DNA from: Nannocystis bainbridge
GTDB lineage: Bacteria > Myxococcota_A > Polyangia > Nannocystales > Nannocystaceae
Reading direction: 5' to 3'
Assembly (NCBI RefSeq): GCF_028368995.1
Contig: NZ_JAQNDL010000003.1
Span: 352,001 to 416,000 of the forward strand
DNA length: 64,000 nt
A program made the translations under genes and the position numbers. Shown in pieces: positions 48,335 through 57,289 of the stretch. Each line of letters opens with the position of its first letter. Position 1 is the first letter of the stretch. The notes under the pieces are model-generated. The model saw only the letters and a program-made list of their open reading frames with translations. It was not told where the DNA came from and did no database searches.

Positions 48335-49402
48335 TCACAGCCCTTCGACGGGCGCCAGCGTGACCGAGCGCAGCGGCTCGCCGGCGCGCTGGACCTGCAG
48401 CTCGATCGGCCCGTCGACACCGATCAGCTGCGTCAGATACGCCACCTCGGACACCCGGCTGACCGCACGGCCCGCGACCGAGAGGATGAAGTCGTCGACC
48501 TGCAGCCCGGCCTTGGCGCCCGGGCCGGCCGCCTCGACGCGCGTCACCTTGACCGTCGCCATGCGCCCGGGGAACTCGTCGTCGTCGACCGCGCGGATGC
48601 CGAGGCGGACCCGGCGGAAGCGGCCGTGCGTCAGCACCTCTTCGAGGTAGCGGCGGACCATCGGCGCCGGCACGGCGAAGCCGATCCCCGTGCCCTCGCC
48701 GCGGACCGCGGTGGCGATCCCCAGCACCTCGCCGCGCAGGTCGACGATCGGCCCGCCCGAGCTGCCGGTGTTGATCGACGCGTCGGTCTGCACGAAGCTG
48801 AAGAACCCGTCCTGCGGCAGATCTTCCGGCTTGCCGACGTCGCTCCAGTCGCGCCCGAGGCCCGACACCACGCCGACCGTCACCGTGTCACCGAGGCCGA
48901 ACGGGTGGCCGACGGCCAGCACCCACTCGCCCGGGCGCACCGGTCGCTCGCGGAACACCACCGGCGCCTGATCGACGCGAGGCGGCTCGGGGGCGATCAC
49001 CGCCAGGTCGAGCAGCGGTTCGCGGTGGATCACTTGCGCCCGCACCCGCTCCTGATTGGCGTACTCGACGTCGATCGCGCTGGCGGTGAGCGGCACCACG
49101 TGGGCGTTCGTCACCACCAGCCCGTCGGCGCGCACGACCGTGCCGCTGCCGACCCCTCGCTTGGATCGGCCGGTCGCCTGCGGCAGCGTGCAGATCACGC
49201 TGACCACCGACGGGGCGATCTGCTCGGTCACCGCCGCGAAGTCGGGCAGCGCCGCGGGCGGCCGCGGCGGTCGCACTTGTGGCGGGCCCGGCGTGGGCTC
49301 GGCTCGCGGGCTGTCCGCAGGGACAGGTGAGGGCGCGTGCTCGTCGTCGAGCGGTCGGCACGCGACGAGCGCGACCAACCCGACGACCACCGACGCCCGC
49401 AC
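48335..49402 (-). CDS. HtrA/DegS-like S1C serine protease lipoprotein with one PDZ domain
   Basis: LVAC lipobox, TNAHVV, DLAVI, QTDASINTGSSGGP, PDZ GPGAKAGLQVDD. Confidence 0.9.
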   Translation of the reverse strand: MRASVVVGLVALVACRPLDDEHAPSPVPADSPRAEPTPGPPQVRPPRPPAALPDFAAVTEQIAPSVVSVICTLPQATGRSKRGVGSGTVVRADGLVVTNAHVVPLTASAIDVEYANQERVRAQVIHREPLLDLAVIAPEPPRVDQAPVVFRERPVRPGEWVLAVGHPFGLGDTVTVGVVSGLGRDWSDVGKPEDLPQDGFFSFVQTDASINTGSSGGPIVDLRGEVLGIATAVRGEGTGIGFAVPAPMVRRYLEEVLTHGRFRRVRLGIRAVDDDEFPGRMATVKVTRVEAAGPGAKAGLQVDDFILSVAGRAVSRVSEVAYLTQLIGVDGPIELQVQRAGEPLRSVTLAPVEGL

Positions 49403-49408
49403 GCGCGC

Positions 49409-50005
49409 TCAGCCCTCGTCGTTGGCGTCGCCAGCGTCGACCACGTCGCTCGCCGGAGCCTCGGGCTCGCTGGGCTCGCTCGCGGGCTCGGCAGCGGCAG
49501 GCTCGGGCTCGGCAGCGACGGGCTCGGGCTCGGCAGCGACGGGCTCGGGCTCGGCAGCGACGGGCGCGGGCTCGGCAGCGACGGGCTCGGCAGCGACAGG
49601 CGCGGGCTCGGCAGCGACAGGCGCGGCAGCAGCCGGCGCGGGCGCGGCAGCGGCGGCAGCGGCGGGCGCGGCGGCGACGTCATCGGCCTCGTCGGCCTCG
49701 TCAGCCTCACCGGCCTCGTCGCCGTCGTCCTCGTCCTCATCGTCGTAGTCGTCGTCCTCGTCGTCCTCGTCGAACGGCGCGCTGACCAGCGGACGCGTGG
49801 GAGAAATCACGGGGAACCGCGGCGCAGCGGCGCGCCGCGCCTCACGCTCCTCGTCCTCGAAGCTCACCGTGGCGACGTTGTCGGCCGCGTCGGGGAGCGT
49901 CTTGAGCCACTCCTCGTAGCGTTCCTTGGTGATGAGCCCACCGCGGATGTTGCGGCGGACGGTGCGGAGGTCGAAGAGCCGTTCGAGCTGGCGCGGGGCA
50001 ACCAT
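49409..50005 (-). CDS. Small N-terminal domain plus acidic, repeat-rich disordered tail
   Basis: DLRTVRRNIRGGLITKERYEEWLKTLPD, poly-D/E tract, (V/A)AAEP(E/A)P repeats. Confidence 0.75.
   Translation of the reverse strand: MVAPRQLERLFDLRTVRRNIRGGLITKERYEEWLKTLPDAADNVATVSFEDEEREARRAAAPRFPVISPTRPLVSAPFDEDDEDDDYDDEDEDDGDEAGEADEADEADDVAAAPAAAAAAAPAPAAAAPVAAEPAPVAAEPVAAEPAPVAAEPEPVAAEPEPVAAEPEPAAAEPASEPSEPEAPASDVVDAGDANDEG
49483..49630. repeat. Coding tandem repeat of about 21 bp (ggctcggcagcgacgggctcg)
   Basis: Six to seven imperfect copies encoding VAAEPEP. Confidence 0.85.
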
Positions 50006-50362
50006 GCGGCGGACCTTTTAGAACACCGGCCGCCGTCCGTCAAACCCGCGCGTGTGCGCTGGTGCGCGGCCGCCGGCCCGTTCGCCGCCGGCGGCCGGAA
50101 ATCGCCGCGAAACCCGGCCCGTGCGTGACACCGATCTCCCGCCCGGCGGGTCCGGACCGGGAGCGAGCGTCCCGCTGCGGCATCCGCGAGTCGGCGCTCG
50201 GCACCCGAAAACTCCGCGCCCGCGCGCCGGCCTGCGGACCCGCAGACCGGGAAATAACCGGCCACTTTGCCTGGTAGGCGGCCGGGCGTATAGATCCGGC
50301 GCACCACGGGTCGCGCCGCCCGCCGCGGCCCCCCTCGCCTCCAGCCACAGCAAGCGACAGCC

Positions 50363-51370
50363 ATGACCGTAGGAGCCTACGACATCCGCGTGATCAACGA
50401 CCTCGTCGAGCGCGAGAGCGCCTTCGTCGAGCGCCTCATGACCGAGGTCCACAAGGTCATCGTCGGCCAGGACGAGATGATCGAGCGCGTCTTCATGGGC
50501 CTCTTGTGCCACGGCCACGTCCTCCTCGAGGGCGCCCCCGGCCTGGCCAAGACGCTCACCGTCAGCACCCTCGCCCGCTGCCTCCACATGGAGTTCAAGC
50601 GGGTCCAGTTCACGCCCGACCTGCTGCCGTCCGACGTCCTCGGCACCGTCATCTACAACCATCAGACCGGCAACTTCACCAACCGCAAGGGCCCGGTCTT
50701 CACCAACCTGCTGCTCGCCGACGAGATCAACCGGGCCCCGGCCAAGGTCCAGAGCGCGCTGCTCGAGGCGATGGCCGAGCGCCAGGTGACGATCGGCGAC
50801 ACCAGCTACCCGCTGCCGAAGCCGTTCCTGGTGCTGGCGACCCAAAACCCGATCGAGCAGGAGGGCACCTACACCCTGCCCGAGGCCCAGCTCGACCGCT
50901 TCATGTTCAAGATCAAGGTCGGCTACCCGACCGCCGAGCAGGAGCTGCAGATCATGCAGCGCATCGGCGGCGCCGCCAGCACCGCCAAGGTCGAGATCCA
51001 GCCGGTGATCAGCCCCGACGACATCGCCCAGGTCCAGCAGACCATGGACCGCATGATCGTCGAGCAGCCGGTCCAGAAGTACATCGTCGACGTCGTCGCC
51101 GCGACCCGCACGCCCGGCGCCGTCGGCCTCGAGAAGCTGGCCCCGTTCATCGACTTCGGCGCCTCGCCGCGCGCCACGATCGCCCTGTTCCAGGCCGCGC
51201 GCGCCCACGCCTTCATGCGCCACCGCGGCTACGTCAGCCCCGAGGACATCAAGGCCGTCGCGCCCGACATCCTGCGCCACCGCATCATCCTCTCTTACGA
51301 GGCCGAGGCCGAGGGCAAGACCGTCGAGGAGGTCGTGCGCGCGATCCTCGAGCACGTGCAGGTCCCGTAG
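50363..51370 (+). CDS. moxR: MoxR AAA+ ATPase
   Basis: LLEGAPGLAKT, QFTPDLLPSD, LADEINRAPAKVQSALLEAM, ATQNPIEQEGTY, GASPRA. Confidence 0.95.
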   Translation: MTVGAYDIRVINDLVERESAFVERLMTEVHKVIVGQDEMIERVFMGLLCHGHVLLEGAPGLAKTLTVSTLARCLHMEFKRVQFTPDLLPSDVLGTVIYNHQTGNFTNRKGPVFTNLLLADEINRAPAKVQSALLEAMAERQVTIGDTSYPLPKPFLVLATQNPIEQEGTYTLPEAQLDRFMFKIKVGYPTAEQELQIMQRIGGAASTAKVEIQPVISPDDIAQVQQTMDRMIVEQPVQKYIVDVVAATRTPGAVGLEKLAPFIDFGASPRATIALFQAARAHAFMRHRGYVSPEDIKAVAPDILRHRIILSYEAEAEGKTVEEVVRAILEHVQVP

Positions 51371-51378
51371 CCGCCGCC

Positions 51379-52356
51379 ATGGCCCGCCCGTCCGCCGATA
51401 AGTCGCCGCCGAGCCGGAGCGACGCCGAGGCCGCGAAGGAGCGCACCACCCAGCTCCTGCGCGAGATCCGTCGCATCGAGATCCAGACCTCGCGGCTCGT
51501 CAACCAGCACCTCGCCGGCTCGTACCAGTCGGTGTTCAAGGGCCAGGGCGTCGCCTTCTCCGAGGTCCGCGCCTACACCCCCGGCGACGACGTGCGCGCG
51601 ATCGACTGGAACGTCACCGCGCGCACCGGCGAGCCCCACGTCAAGCTGTTCACCGAGGAGCGCGAGCTCACCGTCATGCTCGTCGTCGACATGTCGGGCA
51701 GCCTCGACCTCGGCTCGCGCGACTACGACAAGCGCCAGCTGGTGGCCCGCCTGGCCGCCACCTTCGCCTTCTCGGCGATCCGCAACAACGACCGCGTCGG
51801 CCTGATCGGCTTCACCGACGGCGTCGAGGTGTTCGTCCCGCCGCGCAGCGGTCGCAAGCACGTGCTCGCGGTCGTGCAGCAGGTGCTGACCCACGTGCCG
51901 CAGAGCCGGGCCACCCGCGTCGCCAGCGGCCTCGAATACCTGGCGCGGCTCGGTCAGCGCCACACCGTCGCCATCCTCATCAGCGACTTCGTCGACGCCG
52001 TCCCCGACGACGCCCCCGAGGCCGCCCGCGCCTTCGAGCACGCGCTCAAGATGGTGCGCCGCCGCCACGACCTGATCCCGATTCGCGTCGAGGATCCGCT
52101 CGAGCTCGAGCTGCCGGCCCTTGGCCTCGTCGCCCTCGAGGACCTCGAGCTGCTCGGCCTCGGCGGCGACAGCTTCCTCGACCTCAGCCCGCGACGGGCA
52201 AAAAAATACCGCGCCCGCGTCGACGCCGAGCGCGCCCGCCTCGACCAACTGCTGCGCAAGCTCAGCCTCGACAGCATGTCGATCCGCTGCGGCGACAACT
52301 GGCAGCAGCCCCTCGTCAACTTCTTCGCCCGTCGGGCCCGGAGGATGCGCCGGTGA
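51379..52356 (+). CDS. DUF58 family protein
   Basis: FKGQGVAFSEVRAYTPGDDVRAIDWNVTAR, VDMSGS, ISDF. Confidence 0.92.
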   Translation: MARPSADKSPPSRSDAEAAKERTTQLLREIRRIEIQTSRLVNQHLAGSYQSVFKGQGVAFSEVRAYTPGDDVRAIDWNVTARTGEPHVKLFTEERELTVMLVVDMSGSLDLGSRDYDKRQLVARLAATFAFSAIRNNDRVGLIGFTDGVEVFVPPRSGRKHVLAVVQQVLTHVPQSRATRVASGLEYLARLGQRHTVAILISDFVDAVPDDAPEAARAFEHALKMVRRRHDLIPIRVEDPLELELPALGLVALEDLELLGLGGDSFLDLSPRRAKKYRARVDAERARLDQLLRKLSLDSMSIRCGDNWQQPLVNFFARRARRMRR

Positions 52357-53708
52357 TGCTGTCGTTCGTCCACGGTCTGCTGCTCGCCGCCCTGCTCGCC
52401 CCGGCCCTCGCGCCCGCTCCCGAGCCCGAGCCCGCTCGAGGCCCCGCGCCCGAACCCGCCGACGCCCCCGCCCCCGCGAACCCGTCCGCGCCTCCGCCCG
52501 CGCGAGGCCCCGCGCCCGAGCCCGCCGACGCCCCCGCACGAGGCCCCGCGCCCGAGCCCGCCGACGCCCCTGCGCCCGCGCGTGGCCCCGCACCCGCCCC
52601 CGCGCCGAGCGTCGCCCCGATCGCCGCCGCGCCGCTCGACGAACCTGTCCCCGAGGACATGGCCGCTGCGCCAGCCCTCGACAGCCCGGTGGCGATCAGC
52701 GCGCGCGTGACCCCCGACCCCTCGCAGATCGGCGACCTCCTCAAGCTCGAGGTCACCGTCGCCTACCCGACCGGCTACGCCGTCAACGTCCCGCTCGGGC
52801 TCAAGCTCGACCCGATGTACCTGGTGTCGGTCGAGGAGAGCGAGCCCGAGAGCACTGGCCAGGGCCTGCGCAAGGTCTTCACCTTCACGATCCAGCAGTT
52901 CGCCGTCGGCGAGGGCAAGACCCCGAGCTTCCCGATCACCTACGTCGCCCCCGACGGCGCCGTGCAGACCGCCCAGGTCCCGTCGCACAACTTCGGCGTC
53001 ACCGCGCTGCTGGCCAACGAGGCCGACCCCAAGCGCCAGGGCGAGGACCCCCCGGTCTCGCTCGAATACCCCAACAACACCGCCGAGACCGCGATCTACT
53101 TCACCGCCGGCGCGCTGGTGGCCGGCTTCGTCTCGGCGCTGCTGTGGCTGCGCTGGCGTCGGCGGCCGCGCCCCGTCGTCCTGCCGCCGCCCGAACCGGC
53201 TGACCGCGTCGCCCTGCGCGCGCTCGATCGCCTCAAGGAGGCCGACTACGCCGGCCGCGGCGAGTTCCAGCTGCACTACCTCATGCTCACCGAGATCCTC
53301 AAGGGCTACCTCGAGGGCCGCTTCGGCATCGACGCCCTCGAGCGCACCACCGACGAGCTGCGGGCCGCCCTGCTCCGCTCCGAGGCCGAGATCGCCCCGC
53401 TCAAGCCGACCGACGTGATCCGCTTCCTTCAGCAGTGCGACCTCGTCAAGTTCGCCCGCTTCGCCCCGCCGCCGACCGAGGCCGCCGCCGCCGTCGAGCA
53501 GGCCCGCGGCATGGTCGTGGCCACCACCGCGGTCGCGGCCGCCCCGACGACCGGTCCCAAGGACCAGGTCCCGAAGGACAGGGCCCCCGAGACATTGCCC
53601 CAAGACCAGGGTGCAAAGGACATGTCCTCCGCGCCAGCCCACAAGTACCCGCCCGAGTCGGACATCCCGACCGAGCCGGTGCCGCGGTTCAAGGGGGGTG
53701 ACGAGTGA
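52356..53708 (+). CDS. Bat-operon membrane protein (DUF4381/BatD-like) with Pro-Ala repeats
   Basis: Signal, ARGPAPEPADAP repeats, Ig-like domain, TM segment, YLEGRFGIDALERTTDEL, CDLVKFA. Confidence 0.8.
   Translation: MLSFVHGLLLAALLAPALAPAPEPEPARGPAPEPADAPAPANPSAPPPARGPAPEPADAPARGPAPEPADAPAPARGPAPAPAPSVAPIAAAPLDEPVPEDMAAAPALDSPVAISARVTPDPSQIGDLLKLEVTVAYPTGYAVNVPLGLKLDPMYLVSVEESEPESTGQGLRKVFTFTIQQFAVGEGKTPSFPITYVAPDGAVQTAQVPSHNFGVTALLANEADPKRQGEDPPVSLEYPNNTAETAIYFTAGALVAGFVSALLWLRWRRRPRPVVLPPPEPADRVALRALDRLKEADYAGRGEFQLHYLMLTEILKGYLEGRFGIDALERTTDELRAALLRSEAEIAPLKPTDVIRFLQQCDLVKFARFAPPPTEAAAAVEQARGMVVATTAVAAAPTTGPKDQVPKDRAPETLPQDQGAKDMSSAPAHKYPPESDIPTEPVPRFKGGDE
53548..53627. repeat. 14-bp-period array (6 units) in the C-terminal tail of a CDS
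   Basis: Cores 53551 CCGG, 53565 CAGG, 53579 CAGG, 53593 CATT, 53607 CAGG, 53621 CATG. Confidence 0.8.
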
Positions 53709-54781
53709 GCGCCCCCGCCGAGCGGCTCGTCGCCGTGCTGCGCAACCTCATGCCGATCCTCGGCTTCGCCGGGCTCGCCGTCGCCCTGGCGCTGGCGGGC
53801 CTCGCCGCCTACCTCGGGTCCGACCTGCGCCACGTCGTCATCGCCTCGCCGTGGTGGCTGCTGGCGGCCCTCGTGCCCCTGCTGGCGGTGGTCATCCGCG
53901 GCGTCGTCTCGCCGCGCCCGGCCACGCTTCGGTTCTCGCGCGCGAGCTCGGCCCGCCGCCTCGGCCCCGGCCTGGCCGCCCGCCTCGCCCACCTGCCCGA
54001 CGGCCTGCGCCTGGCCGCCGCGATCTTGCTGGCGCTCGCGCTGGCGCGCCCCGAGTCGAGCCGCGCCACCGACCGCGTCGAGCACAAGGGCATCGACATC
54101 GTCGTCGCGCTCGACCTGTCCGACTCGATGGAGGCCGACGACCTGTACCCCAACCGCCTCGAGGCGGCCAAGGACGTCATCGACAGCTTCATCGCCCGCC
54201 GCCGCCACGACCGCGTCGGCATGGTCGCGTTCGGGGCCACCGCCACCACCGTCTCGCCGCTGACCGTCGACCACGGCGTGCTGCGCCAGCTCGTGCGTCG
54301 CCTGCAGCTCGGCAGCTTCGACGGCAGCAAGACCGCCATCGGCGCCGGCCTCGGCCAGGCGCTCAATCGCCTCAAGGAGCCCGACGCCGGCAGCGGTGAG
54401 TCCGGCGCCGAGAGCAAGGTCATCGTCCTGCTCACCGACGGCGTCCACAACGCCGAGGGCGTCGACCCCGACTCGATGGCGCGCATGGCCGCCGACCGCG
54501 GCGTCCACGTCTACACCGTCCTGATCGGCCGTCAGGCCGCCTCCACCGACCCCGCCCGGCTCGAGCGGATCGCCAGCACCACCGGCGGCTACGCCTACAC
54601 CGCCGTCGATCAGCAGGCCCTCGTCACCACCTTCCAGGACCTGCTCAACAAGCTCGATCGCTCCGTCATCCTCGGCGAGCACATCCGCGCCCAGCTGTTC
54701 CACCTGGTCCTGTGGCCCGCCCTGCTCCTCCTCATGCTCGACATCCTGCTCCGCTCGACCCGCCTGCGGAGGTTCCCATGA
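53705..54781 (+). CDS. batA: BatA-like VWA domain membrane protein
   Basis: ALARP, GIDIVVALDLSDSM, NRLEAAK, DRVG, PLTVD, TAIG, LLTDG. Confidence 0.88.
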   Translation: MSAPAERLVAVLRNLMPILGFAGLAVALALAGLAAYLGSDLRHVVIASPWWLLAALVPLLAVVIRGVVSPRPATLRFSRASSARRLGPGLAARLAHLPDGLRLAAAILLALALARPESSRATDRVEHKGIDIVVALDLSDSMEADDLYPNRLEAAKDVIDSFIARRRHDRVGMVAFGATATTVSPLTVDHGVLRQLVRRLQLGSFDGSKTAIGAGLGQALNRLKEPDAGSGESGAESKVIVLLTDGVHNAEGVDPDSMARMAADRGVHVYTVLIGRQAASTDPARLERIASTTGGYAYTAVDQQALVTTFQDLLNKLDRSVILGEHIRAQLFHLVLWPALLLLMLDILLRSTRLRRFP

Positions 54782-54789
54782 GCAGCCTC

Positions 54790-55018
54790 GTACATGTCTC
54801 CAAGGACATGCCCCTTCGAGCATGCCCCCGAGGCCATGCACTCTCGGACATGTCTCTCGCGCACGCCGCGGAGGCCCGCACGAGCCCCGCCGCCCGAGCA
54901 CCGGCCGCGCTCTCCCGGACTCCTCGCTCGCGCGCGCCCGTGGCCCTCCTCTCCACGTGTCTCCAAGGACATGCCCTTCCGGGCATGCTCCTCGGGACAT
55001 GCGCTCCTGAACATGTCC
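54790..55018. repeat. Two related 5-unit 14-bp-period arrays in the batA-batB gap
   Basis: Cores 54793, 54807, 54821, 54835, 54849 and 54956, 54970, 54984, 54998, 55012; both blocks begin tgtctccaaggacatgccc. Confidence 0.95.
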
Positions 55019-55043
55019 CTCAAGCCCGCCCGCGGAGGTGCGC

Positions 55044-56213
55044 ATGAGCCCCGCCGAAGTGGTCCGCGACCTGGCCCAGGACGCCGAGACGAAGGACGTC
55101 CTGACCCTCTTCGAGGAGGTCGTGCTCGCCCGCGAGGACCTGTTGTGGCTGCTCGTGCTGGTGCCGCTGGCCGCGGCGGCCTACCTCTGGGCCGCCCGCC
55201 AGCGCCGGCGCGGCCTCGCCAGCCTCGGCAGCCCGATCCTGGTCGAGCGCCTGGTCGGCAGCGTCAACCATGCCAGCCGGGTCGTCGCCGCCGTCGTCTC
55301 CGTGCTCGCGGTGCTGCTGCTGTCGGCCGGCCTCATGCGCGTGCAGTACGGCGGCGAGACCACCATCGTCGCCACCACCGGCCTCGACATCGTGCTCGCC
55401 GTCGACTACAGCAAATCGATGCTCGCCCGCGACGTCTACCCGTCGCGCAGCGAGCGACTCGCCGCCGAACTGCAGCGCTTCCTCGACGAGGCCGACCGTC
55501 GCGGCGACCGCGTCGGCCTGGTGGTGTTCGCCGGCGCCGCGCGCGGCCTGCCCGTCAGCCGCGACGCTCGCGTCCTCAAGCTCTACCTCGACAAGGCCGA
55601 CCCGCGCACCGAGAACCCCGGCGGCACCGCGATCGGCAAGGCGCTCAAGCTCGCGCTCACCTTCCTCATCGATGCCCGCCGCGCCGCCGCGGCCGGTCCC
55701 GAAGGCGGCCCGACCAAATCGATCCCGACCAGGGAAGGCAAGGCCGTCGAGGACATCCCGCCCTCCGAGTCCGACCAGGTCGTCATCCTCCTGACCGACG
55801 GCGAAGACACCGTCTCGCGCCCGCTCGAGATCGCCGCCGAGGCGGCCAAGCTGGGCGTACGGATCTACACCGTCGGCATCGGCTCGAAGTCCGGCGAACC
55901 GATCCAGAAGTTCGACAGCGAGGGCAACCCCGACGGCTTCGTCACCGACGAGCAGGGCAACTACCTCATGACCCGCGTCGACGAGGCCACCCTCAAGGAC
56001 ATCGCCAAGACCACCGGCGGCGACTACGTCCTCGTCGAGCCCGACAAGTTCGGCCTCGACCGCGTGTCCGAGTGGATCCGCGAGCTCTCGAAGGGCCAGC
56101 GCGAGGACACGGTCACCGCCCACCGCGAGGAGGGTTACGCCTTCCTCATCATCCCCGCGCTGCTGCTGCTCGCGCTGTCGCTCGCGCTGCCCGAGCGCAA
56201 GAAGGGGCCCTGA
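55044..56213 (+). CDS. batB: BatB-like VWA domain membrane protein
   Basis: GLDIVLAVDYSKSM, DRVGLVVFAG, GTAIGKAL, LTDGED, IYTVGIG. Confidence 0.88.
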   Translation: MSPAEVVRDLAQDAETKDVLTLFEEVVLAREDLLWLLVLVPLAAAAYLWAARQRRRGLASLGSPILVERLVGSVNHASRVVAAVVSVLAVLLLSAGLMRVQYGGETTIVATTGLDIVLAVDYSKSMLARDVYPSRSERLAAELQRFLDEADRRGDRVGLVVFAGAARGLPVSRDARVLKLYLDKADPRTENPGGTAIGKALKLALTFLIDARRAAAAGPEGGPTKSIPTREGKAVEDIPPSESDQVVILLTDGEDTVSRPLEIAAEAAKLGVRIYTVGIGSKSGEPIQKFDSEGNPDGFVTDEQGNYLMTRVDEATLKDIAKTTGGDYVLVEPDKFGLDRVSEWIRELSKGQREDTVTAHREEGYAFLIIPALLLLALSLALPERKKGP

Positions 56214-56378
56214 TCGATGCAGCTCTGCCGGACACCCGTCTCCCCGCCCCGCAAGAAGGGGCCCTGATCGATGCAGCTCTGCCGGACACCCCTCTCCCCG
56301 CCCCGCGAGAAAGGGCCCTGATCGATGCAGTTCTGCCGGACATCCTCCGTCGCCCCGCCCCGCGAGAAAGGACGCTGA
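56198..56378 (+). repeat. 54-bp tandem repeat (about 3.3 copies) starting at the batB 3' end
   Basis: caagaaggggccctgatcgatgcagctctgccggacaccc.tctccccgccccg; TGA at 56211, 56265, 56319 and a partial copy at 56376. Confidence 0.92.
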
Positions 56379-56382
56379 CCCC

Positions 56383-57222
56383 GTGCCGCTCGTATCGACC
56401 AGTAAGTTGCTCGCCGTCATCCTCGCTGCCGGCTGGCTCGCCGAGGCGCTCGCCGGCAAGAACGGCGACATCGAGGCCGGTATCGCCGCCTACACCAGCG
56501 GCGACCACGAAGCCGCCCTCGCCGCTTACGCCGCCGCCGAGGCCGAGTTCGGCGAGCGCCCCGAGATCTTCTACAACCGCGGCCTGGCGCTCGTCGCCAA
56601 GGGCGACAAGGACGAGGCCCGCAAGGCGTTCGAGCGCGGCACCGAGTCCACGCACCCCGACGTCCACTCGAGCTCCGAATACGAGCTCGGCAACCTCGAC
56701 CTCGACGCCGAGGCCTTCGACCCCGCCATCGAGCACTACATCAAGTGCCTCAAGGCCAAGCCCGACCACGCCAACGCCAAGTGGAACCTCGAGCTCGCCC
56801 TGCTGAAGAAGAAGCAGAAAGAGGAAGAGGAGAAGAAGAAGCAAGAGGAAGAAAAGAAGGACGAAGAGAACAAGGACGAAGAGAAAAAGGACGAAGAGAA
56901 GCAGGACGAAGAGAAAAAGGACGAGCAGAAGCAGGACGAGAAGAAGGACGAAGAGAAAAAGGACGAGCAGAAACAGGACGAGAAGAAGGACGAAGAGAAA
57001 AAGGACGAGCAGAAGCAGGACGAGCAGAAGCAAGACCAGCAGAAGCAAGACCAGCAGAAGCAGGACGAGCAGAAGCAGGAGAAGGGCGAGCAGCCCCAGC
57101 CGCAACCGCAGCCTCAGCTCGACAAGGCCGACCTCGACAAGGCGCTCGAGCAGCTCGACGCCGAGGACAACTTCCAGCTCGACCGCCCCTCGCGCCAGAT
57201 CCGCGTGGAGAAGGACTGGTGA
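56383..57222 (+). CDS. batC: BatC-like TPR protein with K/D/E/Q low-complexity region
   Basis: YNRG, YELGN, NAKWNLELA, KKDEE/QKQD repeats, terminal EKDW. Confidence 0.88.
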   Translation: MPLVSTSKLLAVILAAGWLAEALAGKNGDIEAGIAAYTSGDHEAALAAYAAAEAEFGERPEIFYNRGLALVAKGDKDEARKAFERGTESTHPDVHSSSEYELGNLDLDAEAFDPAIEHYIKCLKAKPDHANAKWNLELALLKKKQKEEEEKKKQEEEKKDEENKDEEKKDEEKQDEEKKDEQKQDEKKDEEKKDEQKQDEKKDEEKKDEQKQDEQKQDQQKQDQQKQDEQKQEKGEQPQPQPQPQLDKADLDKALEQLDAEDNFQLDRPSRQIRVEKDW

Positions 57223-57289
57223 CCATGAGGGCCGACCTCCAGCTCGACCGAGCCTCGCCCCGACTCCGGACGGAGAACGACTGGTGACC
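57163..57289 (+). repeat. Diverged 65-bp duplication of the batC 3' end; second copy is a 20-aa mini-ORF (57225-57287)
   Basis: FQLDRPSRQIRVEKDW* versus LQLDRASPRLRTENDW*; gactggtgacc occurs twice, 65 bp apart. Confidence 0.85.

Noticed and set aside
54794-55018. Short ORFs rich in TCP/GHV/DMS peptides at array sites
   Set aside because: They are simply translations of the GGACATGTCC lattice, with no independent coding evidence
56198-56378. 54-bp repeats as a CRISPR array
   Set aside because: Units are contiguous near-identical copies with no unique spacers, they include the batB stop, and no cas genes are present
56810-57080. A-rich purine tract as foreign DNA
   Set aside because: Explained by in-frame K/D/E/Q low-complexity repeats typical of BatC linkers
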